A DNA stretch of 43,279 nt. It comes from a virus. Taxonomy: Duplodnaviria; Caudoviricetes. Each line of letters begins with the position of its first letter. The stretch's first letter is position 1. Under the pieces are notes generated by a model. The model was not told the DNA's origin. It saw only the letters and a program-made list of their open reading frames with translations, and made no database searches. A program made the translations under genes and the position numbers. Where the stretch lies: IMG/VR virus record IMGVR_UViG_3300011102_000065, positions 1-43,279 of that record, one strand, 5' to 3'. Positions 18,307-27,746 of this stretch are shown in pieces.

Positions 18307-18397
18307 TCCTGTCTACCTCTCTCGTGTTGAGGAAGAAGTTGCTCGGTACTTGGTAGCCACAGATCGGTTCGGCATTCAACAGAAGTGTTGGAAATGA
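18200..18397 (+). CDS. o-spanin (Rz1-like lipoprotein)
   Basis: MTYAAWIVMPFALILAG/C lipobox, Pro-rich mature part, overlapping the i-spanin in another frame. Confidence 0.8.
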   Translation: MTYAAWIVMPFALILAGCQTSATNCAGWNKPPKPNDPVYLSRVEEEVARYLVATDRFGIQQKCWK

Positions 18398-18870
18398 GCA
18401 AGCATCCGCAATTCCGTGTTGAGGAACTGACACGAGTCGATCAGGTTGTCGAAATCTTCGAGATGGCGAAGAAGTTCGCTGAGGAAGTCCTGCTCGACGA
18501 GTATATCGACTTCGACACACTCGCGTTGTCTTGTGCACGTGTGCGTGATGACGTTGAGCGCAAGTATCTCAACGTGTTCATTGTGTACGATCGGAAGGAA
18601 CCTGTTGGATTCCTCGTAGGTGTTACCACTCCTTGCTTCCATAGGCCGTGCATTGTGGCCGAGCAAAAACTGTGGTATGTTAAGCCTGAGCGCCGTAATG
18701 CTCATGCAGCCATGCATCTTGTTAGAGCCTACGAACGATGGGCTCGTCTCAACGGCGCAACACAAATCTACACCGGCACGGCAAACACGCCGTTCACCGA
18801 GAGAACTTCCAAGTTTCTTGAACGACTGGGATATGCGCGTACTGGTACGCTGCATGTAAAGGAGATTTAG
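18394..18870 (+). CDS. GNAT-family acetyltransferase in the virion morphogenesis block
   Basis: EPVGFLVG...LWYVKPERRN...ERWARLNGA...FLERLGY GNAT motifs. Confidence 0.85.
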   Translation: MSKHPQFRVEELTRVDQVVEIFEMAKKFAEEVLLDEYIDFDTLALSCARVRDDVERKYLNVFIVYDRKEPVGFLVGVTTPCFHRPCIVAEQKLWYVKPERRNAHAAMHLVRAYERWARLNGATQIYTGTANTPFTERTSKFLERLGYARTGTLHVKEI

Positions 18871-18871
18871 T

Positions 18872-20050
18872 ATGATCCCGGCATTTCTTGCGGATCGAGA
18901 GAACCGGAAGCGCCGCGGTGAGCTGGACGAAGAGAACCGCGTTGGTGTGATGGACGGTTATCAGTATGACTTGTTCATGCCTGATGACGATGATCTCGAT
19001 GATGTAGATGACGATGACGAAGAGGGCATCGTCTACGAGTCCAAGGGCTCTAGTCCACCGCCGCCGCCTGATCCGATGGCGGAAGCGCGTGCGCAGATGG
19101 CGCTTGAGGAGTCTCGTCGTGCTGCCGAAGCTGCTCGTGAACGAGAGCGGCTGGAACGGGAGGCACGAGAGCGGCAGGAGCGCATTGATAAGGCACGTGG
19201 GCTACAGCAGCAGGCATACCAGACTGCGCTCGGCTATCTCGATCAGCAGATTGGTGCACGCGGCTTCGATCAAGGGCTCGTCAACCAGTACGGTCTGCTC
19301 GACCTGTACACGAATGCGCTTGATCAGGTGCGCATGGGCATCGCGGAAGATGATCTTACGCCGATGAATGCGTACAACACACGTACGCTGTTCAATGATG
19401 CGTATAATACTGCCGTTGGTACGTATCGCGGCGATCTCACGCGACAGTTGAATCAGCTTGCGCCGGAAGACTTCGGTTATACGACGTTCGCTGACTCGGC
19501 AGATGATAGCATTCTGCAAGCCATCCTCGATAATGCACGAAGCGATGCGCTTGCTCAGATTGACGCAGCACGTGCCCGTGGGCAGCTGAATGATGTCGGC
19601 TATCAGCGTGCTCTGGCGCAACTCGACAAGCAGAAGGAAGCCGCTTGGGGCGACCTGCAAGACCTCGGCCTTGGCGTGCTGTCCGGTTATCGTGATCAGC
19701 TCGGCTCGATGCGCGAAGACATGCTTGGTCGTATTAGCAATGCTGGCTTCGACAATCCGCTGTCGTTCGATGCGTTCAGCAATCGTCTCTCGCAGACAAT
19801 CAACGATCTTACCGGACGCATGCAGGGCGATATTTATCGTGCCACGCAGGGCCAGTCGTTCTTTGATCCGTCCAGCATCATCTCTGGTGCGGGCGCGTTG
19901 CAGGGCTACTACAACCCCGCATCGGCGCAGCCACGTGCAGCGGGTGTTGGTGCTGGCGCAACCAGCGACAACCCACTGCTCATGGCATTCACCGACGACG
20001 CGAAGAAGCAGCAGCAGACGACTTCGGCAGGTAGCGGCGGAGTGTTCTAA
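18872..20050 (+). CDS. Ejection / internal virion protein 1 (P22 gp7-like leader)
   Basis: MIPAF...RKRRGE...YES-KGSSPPPPPDP N-terminus; Q/A-rich helical body; follows the GNAT. Confidence 0.65.
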   Translation: MIPAFLADRENRKRRGELDEENRVGVMDGYQYDLFMPDDDDLDDVDDDDEEGIVYESKGSSPPPPPDPMAEARAQMALEESRRAAEAARERERLEREARERQERIDKARGLQQQAYQTALGYLDQQIGARGFDQGLVNQYGLLDLYTNALDQVRMGIAEDDLTPMNAYNTRTLFNDAYNTAVGTYRGDLTRQLNQLAPEDFGYTTFADSADDSILQAILDNARSDALAQIDAARARGQLNDVGYQRALAQLDKQKEAAWGDLQDLGLGVLSGYRDQLGSMREDMLGRISNAGFDNPLSFDAFSNRLSQTINDLTGRMQGDIYRATQGQSFFDPSSIISGAGALQGYYNPASAQPRAAGVGAGATSDNPLLMAFTDDAKKQQQTTSAGSGGVF

Positions 20051-21093
20051 TGGACCCGTTCAGCATCATCGGCGCTCTCGCGGGTGCTGGTGGCAGCATT
20101 GCAAGTGCTCTGATCGGCGCCAACGCAGGTGACAACGCTGCGGCGTGGAACTACGCCATTAACCTGATGAACCTCCAAGCGCAGAAGCGTCAGCAGCGTG
20201 AGTTGCTGGAATACGCTGATAGCGTTCGGAAGGATCAGAAGCTCGGCGCAACAGACGCACTTGGCAACCGCACATACTTCAAGGAGGGTGTGGGCTGGAT
20301 TTCGGAGTTGTCGCCGGAACAGCAAGCCCTCTACGATTACTTCTTCAAGCAGGAGCTACCCGAACGTCGGTCGCAGTTCCAGCGTCAGGCGGAACACAGC
20401 CGAGACAATTCGGAACAAGCTTTCAACCTGCTTGATGAGTTCAAACGTGTGCGCCGCGATACGCCGATGGAGGCAGCCAGCAAGCTGTATCTGTCGGCTA
20501 CTCGTGGAGCATCCGATGCATCGCGTGACGTGGCGGAGGCAGCACTTAGGCATGCCACGCGGACTGGCAACAGCAACATCGGTGACATTATCAATCAGAT
20601 CGGTAAGGCATCGATGGAGCAGCGTGCCAATGCACGACTGAACGCTGATATTCAGGCTGAGGATTACGTCAATCAGAAGTACGCTACTACACGTAGCGGA
20701 CTTGCTCAGCTGTATCAGATGTTCTTGAATGCGGCAGGGCAGCCGTTGGCCCCGTCGTACGATCCTTCGGGCATCCCGCAGAGCATGAACAGTCTGATGA
20801 ACGTGTTCAGCAATCAGGCTCAGCAGGGCAACTCGATGGGCTTCAATGCACGAGGACAGCCCGCACCGCAGATGGATTACGTGCAGCCGAATTACTCGTG
20901 GGCGAACGCTGCTGGTGCGATTGGTCAGTCGCTTGCTGGTCTCGGATCACGACTTGGCGGTATGCGTCAACAGGATCAGATGAATGACCTGATGCGCATG
21001 TACATCACAAGCGGCGGCCAATTCGATCTTGGCGGAGGTGGTCTGTTCGGTCGTACCGCAGACCGCGTTCGTGCTGGGGGAGGGATTTACTAA
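20050..21093 (+). CDS. Ejection / internal virion protein 2
   Basis: Gly/Ala-rich hydrophobic N-terminus (MDPFSIIGALAGAGGSIAS), Q-rich helices. Confidence 0.7.
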   Translation: MDPFSIIGALAGAGGSIASALIGANAGDNAAAWNYAINLMNLQAQKRQQRELLEYADSVRKDQKLGATDALGNRTYFKEGVGWISELSPEQQALYDYFFKQELPERRSQFQRQAEHSRDNSEQAFNLLDEFKRVRRDTPMEAASKLYLSATRGASDASRDVAEAALRHATRTGNSNIGDIINQIGKASMEQRANARLNADIQAEDYVNQKYATTRSGLAQLYQMFLNAAGQPLAPSYDPSGIPQSMNSLMNVFSNQAQQGNSMGFNARGQPAPQMDYVQPNYSWANAAGAIGQSLAGLGSRLGGMRQQDQMNDLMRMYITSGGQFDLGGGGLFGRTADRVRAGGGIY

Positions 21094-21941
21094 TGTCGAG
21101 GATGCCGCAGATTGGCCGCGACCCCTTCCGCGCAGCCGAAGATTACAACCGCCAGATGACGAGTCTTGGCGCACAAGGCGAACAGGCCGCACAGAACGCG
21201 CTCATGCAGATGTTCGTGACGGAAGCCGCGCGCCAAGCTCCTTGGTCTAATTTGCCCGTCGATCTCGCCAAGCAGAACAACGCTGCACGGAACTCGTTCA
21301 ATAATTCCGTGGCGCTTTCGAATTACAAGGCGGGGCTGCCTTTGCCGCAGAACAAGATCACGAAGATGATTTGGGACACGGCAAAGAACATGGGCGTCGA
21401 TCCAATTCTTGCGCTCACGATCGCTGACATTGAGACCGGTGGCCGGTTCGATCCGAACGCGAAGAATCCTAAGTCATCGGCATATGGACTGTTCCAGCAG
21501 ATTGATGCGAATTGGGAACAGTACGGACAGGGATATGATCGACGGAACCCGCAGCACCAGACGCAGGCAGGTATTGCGTACATGCGTGACGTGATCGACA
21601 CAATCTATCAGTCTGGACAGGAACCGACTCCGGGACTTGTGTACTTCGGTTATCAGCAGGGACCGGGAGCGCTTGCGAAGGTTCTTGCTAATCCGAATGC
21701 GCCTGTCGAACAGGTTCTTGGTGTGGACGCTGCACGTCTGAACGGTGCTCGACGTGGCGAGAGTGCGATGAACTTTCTTCGTCGTTGGAGCAGCAAGGCC
21801 GAACAGCGCTACGCTCAGCACAAAGCTGTCCGGTCTCGTCAGCAGGACGATGACGACTCCAAGACGACGCTTATCTACGGCAATAAGAAGTTCAACCTGA
21901 ACGACTACTCCGGCGAAGAGGACGACGAGGATGCCTCGTGA
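21093..21941 (+). CDS. Internal virion protein with soluble lytic transglycosylase (SLT) domain
   Basis: GVDPILALTIADIETGGRFDPNAKNPKSSAYGLFQ is an SLT motif with catalytic Glu. Confidence 0.85.
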   Translation: MSRMPQIGRDPFRAAEDYNRQMTSLGAQGEQAAQNALMQMFVTEAARQAPWSNLPVDLAKQNNAARNSFNNSVALSNYKAGLPLPQNKITKMIWDTAKNMGVDPILALTIADIETGGRFDPNAKNPKSSAYGLFQQIDANWEQYGQGYDRRNPQHQTQAGIAYMRDVIDTIYQSGQEPTPGLVYFGYQQGPGALAKVLANPNAPVEQVLGVDAARLNGARRGESAMNFLRRWSSKAEQRYAQHKAVRSRQQDDDDSKTTLIYGNKKFNLNDYSGEEDDEDAS

Positions 21942-24900
21942 AGTCACACGTGAGCAGTTCATTCAAATCACTGGCATGACGCCGGAAGAGTTTGAACGCA
22001 AGCACGCAGACCGAGTGTCGCCGTTGCAGCAGCCTCAGCCCAAAACTGAGGCTGCATCTGCGCGTGCACCTAAACTTCCCGAAGCATCTTCGCCAAAGGA
22101 CGAGCCATATCGTAGCGACTATCGCCGTACGATTGAGGAAAGCGGACAGAAGCTCACACCGCTCCAAGAAGTGGTTGACTTCGTACGCGCACCGACTGAG
22201 CGCCTACAGAAGAACGTGATCGCTGGCGTACTGTCGATGCCGTCATCTGTGGCTGGCGCTGTTGATCTTGTTCGCAAAGGTGTCCCGGCAGTTGGCCGAG
22301 CCGTCATGAGCGATAGTGACGACTCGTTTTTGGATCGTGTCGGTGATGAATTCATGCAATCTATTCTGCCTCCTGAAGGGCTGAAAGCTCTTGAGGAAGT
22401 GCAGCTTCGTGCATTAGGCAAATATAAACTCAAGAACCCGAATGCGACTGAGCAGGATGTAGAGAACTTCCTTAAGAAGTATGCTGAGAGTGACGAGTTC
22501 TACAACGAAACACTGAAGCAACTTCCTGCTGGTCTCCGCATCTCTCAGGAAGGACAGAATTGGGCTAACAAGACTGTTGGTCTCGATAAGCGAGCAGACA
22601 AGATGACTGCTGGCGACGAGGCCATGCAAATCTTTGGTAGTTCGCTGGTCGGCCTGCCTGCTGGCACGGTGGCGAAGCTCACGAAGCCTGTTGTGAAGGC
22701 AATCGGTACACGTGTTGCGGACAACATCGCCACGAAAGTTGCTGCACGAGCTATTGAAGCGCTGACTCCGATGACACTTCCGCTCACTCCGGGCAACGTT
22801 GCACTCAATACCGCAGTTGGTATTGGCGTCAACGAGGCTCTTCGTGGGCTGCAAGGTGAGCAGACGCTGATCGACTACCAGAACCTGTACAATCCTGAGA
22901 AGCTTCCACCTCCCGACACGTTGGCGGCGGCAACAGGGTTGTCTGCGGCTGCGCTGTTCGGTCTGCCTGCGATCAGCCGAATTGCTCGTCGAGAGGCTGA
23001 GGAAGCAACGTCAGCAGCGGTGCGCAACATCGGACAGAGCGCAGGACCGACACTGGAAGAACAGAGCGGACGACTGCAACCGCAGCTTTCGCCGGTGACT
23101 GGGCTTATCGATCAGAATGCGCCTGTCAAGAAAGCAGCGAACTTGTTCAAATCGCCCGACGACACAGAGACTGTGCCGCTGCTCGATGCTGCTATGTCGT
23201 CTGCTTCGGTTGTCAACCGTGTTGAGTACGAAAACAACGCGCTCAACTACGGTATTCTGGAAGGGCTCGACAAGCCGACAGTGCCGTTCACTGTAATCCA
23301 AGCACAGTTTGACAGGCTCGATCCTGCTACGAAGGATTTGCTTGACAAATATGTCTATGCTGTGCAGCGCAAGCAGGATGCCACAATTTATGAGCAGTCG
23401 CTCATTAAACAAGTGCAGCAGGCTCAGACGGACTTGGCTACGGCTCGCATGACGGGCCATCGTGGTCGTATTCAAGAGGCCGAGAAGAAACTTGTCGAGG
23501 TTCAGCAGAAGTACACAGCATTCCAAAACGATGATCCATCAACTCGCAGTTCGATGGTCAACTGGTCTCGTGCTGATGTTGATGATTTCATTCGGGCAGG
23601 CGAGCAGAATCCCGCAGTCAAGCAGATTGCGGATGCCATGCGCCGTATCTCGAATGATCTCGTCGACTTCATGCACAAGAACGGTGTGATCAGTAGTGAA
23701 GAAGCCGCTCGTCGGTTGCGTACACGTGACCTGTACGTGCCATTGCAGGAACGCGCTCATCCAAAAGCAACTGGCCTGCGTCGTCGAGCACTTCTGTTCA
23801 AGGATCGTGTGGCTGGCGCACTCAAGTCGAGTGATCCTGATCAAGGCTTCTTCATCAGCACGACACCGCGTGACGTGTCTGGTAGCGGCGCAAAGGTTAA
23901 CAACCCGAAGACGGCAATCATTGCGCTCCAAGAAGGAATAATGGATGCCGTTCGGTCTGTTGCCGCGAATAACACACGTCGTGATGTGATCGACAGGCTC
24001 GCAGCGCTGCCCGGCGCTCGTGGTACGTTGCTTCGTCCGTACGAGTTCAATCTCGGCAACGGTCGTACGACTACGTCTATCAGTCCTGAGCAGTATGCGG
24101 TTATCTATCCGCGAGGCGTCAAGAACGAAGACGACTACGTCAAAATCTTCCGCAACGGTAAGATTGAGTTGTGGGAGTTCAGTGACAAGTCGATTACGCA
24201 GAGCCTCAAGTTCGCTCCGATCTCTACGGTGCCGATCTTCAATGCGACACGCAAATTCTGGCAGCAGATGACTACGGGACTTGGTGCTCCGTGGTTCACT
24301 GTTCGTGCGTTCTTGTGGGATGTGCCGCTAGCACAGACGACGAAGAATGCTGGCCGCTCGCTTGGTCTCATGGATACGCTTGCTCGGCGGCTTGCTGAGG
24401 GCACGTCGCTGCAAGGGCCGGTGAATACGGTATTCGATTACGGCATTCCAGGTCTGAACATTCTTGATGCTGGCGCTGCGACATTTGCTGCGATCCCGTA
24501 TCAGCTTGGTCTTCGTGCAGCACGAGCTGTCGGTGACAAGATTGCAACGGATTTGGCTACGAACAGTGGCCTGTTCAGCGCAATTGCACAGAGCGGACCA
24601 CGTGGGGCTGAGTTTGTTCGTGGTGTTGGCACGTTCATGGCTACTGCGTTCGATCAGAGTGCGCTTGGCGTCATGTCTCGTAACATGAGTACGTCATTGT
24701 CGCACCTGAACGACGTGTCACGCATCCGAGACGACTACGCACAAGCTGCGACGAAGTATACCGGGCCTCTGAAGACGCTTTTCGAAATGTATAAGGCGAT
24801 GGCCGAGAGTATACACATGTCCACTCGCACCGCGTTCTTCGCCAGCAACTACGGAAGGCTCAAGGCTAAGTACGGAGATGACATTCCTGCAAGTGAGATC

Positions 24901-26316
24901 AAAAAACTCGTGCAGGAGACACGCAATCTGACTGGTGACATGTCTCGCCAGTCGAATTCTCCGTTCATTCAGAAGCTGACGAGCGTAATTCCGTATTCGA
25001 ATGCAACAATTCAGGGCACGAGGCACATTCTGAGCGCTGCACTGCCTGAAATTGCAGCACGAGGCATCAACGCTGCCGGCGGGAACGTGCTTTCAGACCG
25101 AAATACGCGGTTCTGGTCGCAGTTCACTGGCGGTGTGTTGCTTCCCGTGCTCGGATCGGCCGCAGTTTTGTCGAATTGGGAGGGCGCAGAGGATTATTGG
25201 TACAATCTCACGCCGAAATGGAAGCAGATGACGTTCATTCCGGTGCCGAATGTCGAGGCGCTGGAATACTTGTACCAAAATGGGCAGCTTCCTAAGTTCG
25301 ATCCGAAATATCTCAACGAAATTCCGCTGTCGCCTGAGTTCGCGTTGGTACTTGAGCCGGTGAAGGCGGCACTGCGAGCGATGGGATTGTATGGCGGCGC
25401 TCCGACGCGGGTTCCGCAGCAATTCTCGCAGCAAGTCAAGGATGTGCTGGATCAGATTACAGATTTCAGCACTCCACCGATTTTGTCTGCGTTCTTCGCA
25501 ATGAACGGTAAGCGGCTGGACCTGCATGGCATGCTGACAGGCAACGGTATTCAGGATGTGCGTAACATCCCGACCGGTGGTGCCAATGCAGACATGATGA
25601 CGACGAACAGCGACATTTCGCAGACTGTGTACAACACAATTGGAGCGCTTGCTGGCACCGCTGTGCAACTGGTGATGCAGTCGTGGAATGTGTTCGACAT
25701 TTCCAAGAAGGAGTCCGACAACTTCTGGAAGGCTGCGAGCGATGCACTCGATACGGCGAGCTTCGAAGTCAAGCGTCGGTTCCCACAGATCGACGTGCCC
25801 GGATTGTTCAAAGCACGTCAGCGGTATTACCAGTCCACGCCAGAGGCAGAGTATGTGTACCGAGTTGAGGAAGCGCTTGAGCCTGTCATCGGAAGCGGTA
25901 GGCAAGTATCTGTAGAGCGGGATAGCAGTGGTCGTGCTAAGCGTCAGGCTGAGCTTGGGCTGATCCCTGCACAGAAACTACAGGACCAGAACCTGCGTAG
26001 TATCGCTACGGTGATCTACAATAATCTGTCTCGTAAGGGGCCGTATAAAGAAGCAAAAGAAGCAGCATCAGAACTCCGAGCAGACATGGCTGCACTCGAA
26101 GCTGCGCGATATAAAGTCAAGGACGACGTGTACAACGCACGCCGGAACGACATGATCGCGCAGATACAACAGCACACACGTGTACAATCGCAAGTGCTAC
26201 AGAAGCTTGAGAGGCAACTACAGCAGGCGATTGGGAGAAGGTTCCTGCAACAGTACGGGAAGCCGTTCTCCTTTGAGACGTTCGCGGAACTGGTTAGGAG
26301 GGACGTAGCACAATGA
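21931..26316 (+). CDS. Large ejection / internal virion protein (1461 aa)
   Basis: Largest ORF, last of the ejection cluster, helical Ala-rich; position analogous to T7/P22 gp16. Confidence 0.75.
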   Translation: MPREVTREQFIQITGMTPEEFERKHADRVSPLQQPQPKTEAASARAPKLPEASSPKDEPYRSDYRRTIEESGQKLTPLQEVVDFVRAPTERLQKNVIAGVLSMPSSVAGAVDLVRKGVPAVGRAVMSDSDDSFLDRVGDEFMQSILPPEGLKALEEVQLRALGKYKLKNPNATEQDVENFLKKYAESDEFYNETLKQLPAGLRISQEGQNWANKTVGLDKRADKMTAGDEAMQIFGSSLVGLPAGTVAKLTKPVVKAIGTRVADNIATKVAARAIEALTPMTLPLTPGNVALNTAVGIGVNEALRGLQGEQTLIDYQNLYNPEKLPPPDTLAAATGLSAAALFGLPAISRIARREAEEATSAAVRNIGQSAGPTLEEQSGRLQPQLSPVTGLIDQNAPVKKAANLFKSPDDTETVPLLDAAMSSASVVNRVEYENNALNYGILEGLDKPTVPFTVIQAQFDRLDPATKDLLDKYVYAVQRKQDATIYEQSLIKQVQQAQTDLATARMTGHRGRIQEAEKKLVEVQQKYTAFQNDDPSTRSSMVNWSRADVDDFIRAGEQNPAVKQIADAMRRISNDLVDFMHKNGVISSEEAARRLRTRDLYVPLQERAHPKATGLRRRALLFKDRVAGALKSSDPDQGFFISTTPRDVSGSGAKVNNPKTAIIALQEGIMDAVRSVAANNTRRDVIDRLAALPGARGTLLRPYEFNLGNGRTTTSISPEQYAVIYPRGVKNEDDYVKIFRNGKIELWEFSDKSITQSLKFAPISTVPIFNATRKFWQQMTTGLGAPWFTVRAFLWDVPLAQTTKNAGRSLGLMDTLARRLAEGTSLQGPVNTVFDYGIPGLNILDAGAATFAAIPYQLGLRAARAVGDKIATDLATNSGLFSAIAQSGPRGAEFVRGVGTFMATAFDQSALGVMSRNMSTSLSHLNDVSRIRDDYAQAATKYTGPLKTLFEMYKAMAESIHMSTRTAFFASNYGRLKAKYGDDIPASEIKKLVQETRNLTGDMSRQSNSPFIQKLTSVIPYSNATIQGTRHILSAALPEIAARGINAAGGNVLSDRNTRFWSQFTGGVLLPVLGSAAVLSNWEGAEDYWYNLTPKWKQMTFIPVPNVEALEYLYQNGQLPKFDPKYLNEIPLSPEFALVLEPVKAALRAMGLYGGAPTRVPQQFSQQVKDVLDQITDFSTPPILSAFFAMNGKRLDLHGMLTGNGIQDVRNIPTGGANADMMTTNSDISQTVYNTIGALAGTAVQLVMQSWNVFDISKKESDNFWKAASDALDTASFEVKRRFPQIDVPGLFKARQRYYQSTPEAEYVYRVEEALEPVIGSGRQVSVERDSSGRAKRQAELGLIPAQKLQDQNLRSIATVIYNNLSRKGPYKEAKEAASELRADMAALEAARYKVKDDVYNARRNDMIAQIQQHTRVQSQVLQKLERQLQQAIGRRFLQQYGKPFSFETFAELVRRDVAQ

Positions 26317-26615
26317 CTGTTCGGGGACGCACAGAGTGGCAGAAGCTTGTTGACGCCAAACTCAGCGATCATGAGCGTCGGCTCAACGAACATGAGAAGA
26401 CCTCAGCCGTGTTCCAAGCACTTCAAGAAGAGCAGCGGAAGTACCTGAACGACAGGTTCAACCGCGTGCAGGACAACATCACACAAACAAAAGCGGACTT
26501 GACGAAGGATGTCCATTCGATCAAGTCCGCAGTTAATCGTGTAGTGTTGATGATCATCTCAGCAGTTGTGCTGGCGATCGTCAACTTCATTATCAATGGT
26601 GGTCTCAAGGTCTGA
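26313..26615 (+). CDS. Coiled-coil protein with a C-terminal TM helix (XhlA-like holin candidate)
   Basis: AGGAGG RBS; coiled coil followed by VVLMIISAVVLAIVNFII. Confidence 0.55.
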   Translation: MTVRGRTEWQKLVDAKLSDHERRLNEHEKTSAVFQALQEEQRKYLNDRFNRVQDNITQTKADLTKDVHSIKSAVNRVVLMIISAVVLAIVNFIINGGLKV

Positions 26616-26805
26616 GACAAGGAAGGCGTCGTACGCAGTCAGGACAGTAATGTTCCCACTCGCCTGTGTCGTCGCTCTTCCTCATGTACCAACCTTCGCG
26701 CTTGCACTCGTCCTTCAACTCGTCGAAAGACAGGTACTCTTCTGAGGTGTCACCGCAAGCGTCACACTCGTAAGCGTGCAGTTTGTGCGAACTGATGTTG
26801 GCCAT
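26605..26805 (-). CDS. Small Zn-finger protein (CxxC...CxxC)
   Basis: MANISSH...ECDACG...EGW...HYCPDC; GGAGAG RBS before ATG 26805. Confidence 0.7.
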   Translation of the reverse strand: MANISSHKLHAYECDACGDTSEEYLSFDELKDECKREGWYMRKSDDTGEWEHYCPDCVRRLPCLRP

Positions 26806-26831
26806 CTGACGATCTCTCCACATCCACCTAA

Positions 26832-26868
26832 GCACGCCGGGTCGCTTAGAAACAGCGGTCCGGCGTGT
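26832..26868 (+). terminator. Hairpin at the convergence of the two arms (probable late-operon terminator)
   Basis: 15-bp stem whose G-U pairs form only on the + strand; weak U tract. Confidence 0.55.
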
Positions 26869-26883
26869 TGTATTGCATGAAGA

Positions 26884-27147
26884 CTACGAAGCAGTCTTCG
26901 CACCTTTCAGCTTCTTCTCGATGATGTCAGCGATGACAGCAACATCGCTGATTTCCGTGACCTGTGCCTCCGTCAACATCTCGCTGATTTGAGTGACGTT
27001 CTTGCTGCGAACATCAGCGACCGTGAGGATGAGCACTTGTCCTCCGATGATCGTGTTCTCGGTCTTGAGCTTGACCAAGAAGCCTCGGTTCGCCAAGTTG
27101 ACGACAAGTGCTCCAACGTTAGCCGCGAACGGCGACGTAACTACCAT
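26884..27147 (-). CDS. Hypothetical protein (87 aa)
   Basis: GGAGGG RBS; overlaps the upstream stop. Confidence 0.7.
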   Translation of the reverse strand: MVVTSPFAANVGALVVNLANRGFLVKLKTENTIIGGQVLILTVADVRSKNVTQISEMLTEAQVTEISDVAVIADIIEKKLKGAKTAS

Positions 27148-27716
27148 TTCTTCCCTCCTTCCTTGACGCGGTTCTCTGGCTTGTGGTCAGCACGATTGCG
27201 GTTGTACTCTCGCTTCTCTTGAACCGCGCCCCACAAATCGTAATCATGCATGCGGCAGTAGTCAATAACAAGCGTGAGGATGCGGCTGGCGTAATACTCG
27301 TGTTCGGTTTGTGCGAAGTTTCTGCCGTTATACATGATATGCGTATTGTACAGGGCCACAATCTGTACACAGATGTCCATAAGTTGCTGGCCGACATTAT
27401 CCAAGAGGATCGGATACGGTTTGTGGATTGTGAGAGCCCACCTCTCGTGACCAGCAAGGTCAAGTAGTCTGATGACCACATCTGCCATCTCAACCTCCGC
27501 CATCTTACGATGCGGAAGTTTGTCGTCCATGAGTCCCTTGCGCTCCCCTTCCATGGCCTCCGCAACCTCGGAGATTAGGAGCATGCACAACTCGCCCATG
27601 TTACGCGAGACAGGCGCACCCGTTGCAGGGTCATGCCACCACGTAGCGTTCTCCTTATGCACTTCTGCGGCCAAGCTGTTGATGTCCAGCGGCGCTTTGG
27701 TAGGATCATATGCCAT
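27141..27716 (-). CDS. MazG-like all-alpha NTP pyrophosphohydrolase
   Basis: SEVAEAME...EVEMADVVIRLLD and C-terminal DLWGAVQEKREYNRNR motifs. Confidence 0.75.
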   Translation of the reverse strand: MAYDPTKAPLDINSLAAEVHKENATWWHDPATGAPVSRNMGELCMLLISEVAEAMEGERKGLMDDKLPHRKMAEVEMADVVIRLLDLAGHERWALTIHKPYPILLDNVGQQLMDICVQIVALYNTHIMYNGRNFAQTEHEYYASRILTLVIDYCRMHDYDLWGAVQEKREYNRNRADHKPENRVKEGGKKW

Positions 27717-27746
27717 GGTTGTGCTCCTTCACACATGTACACCCAC

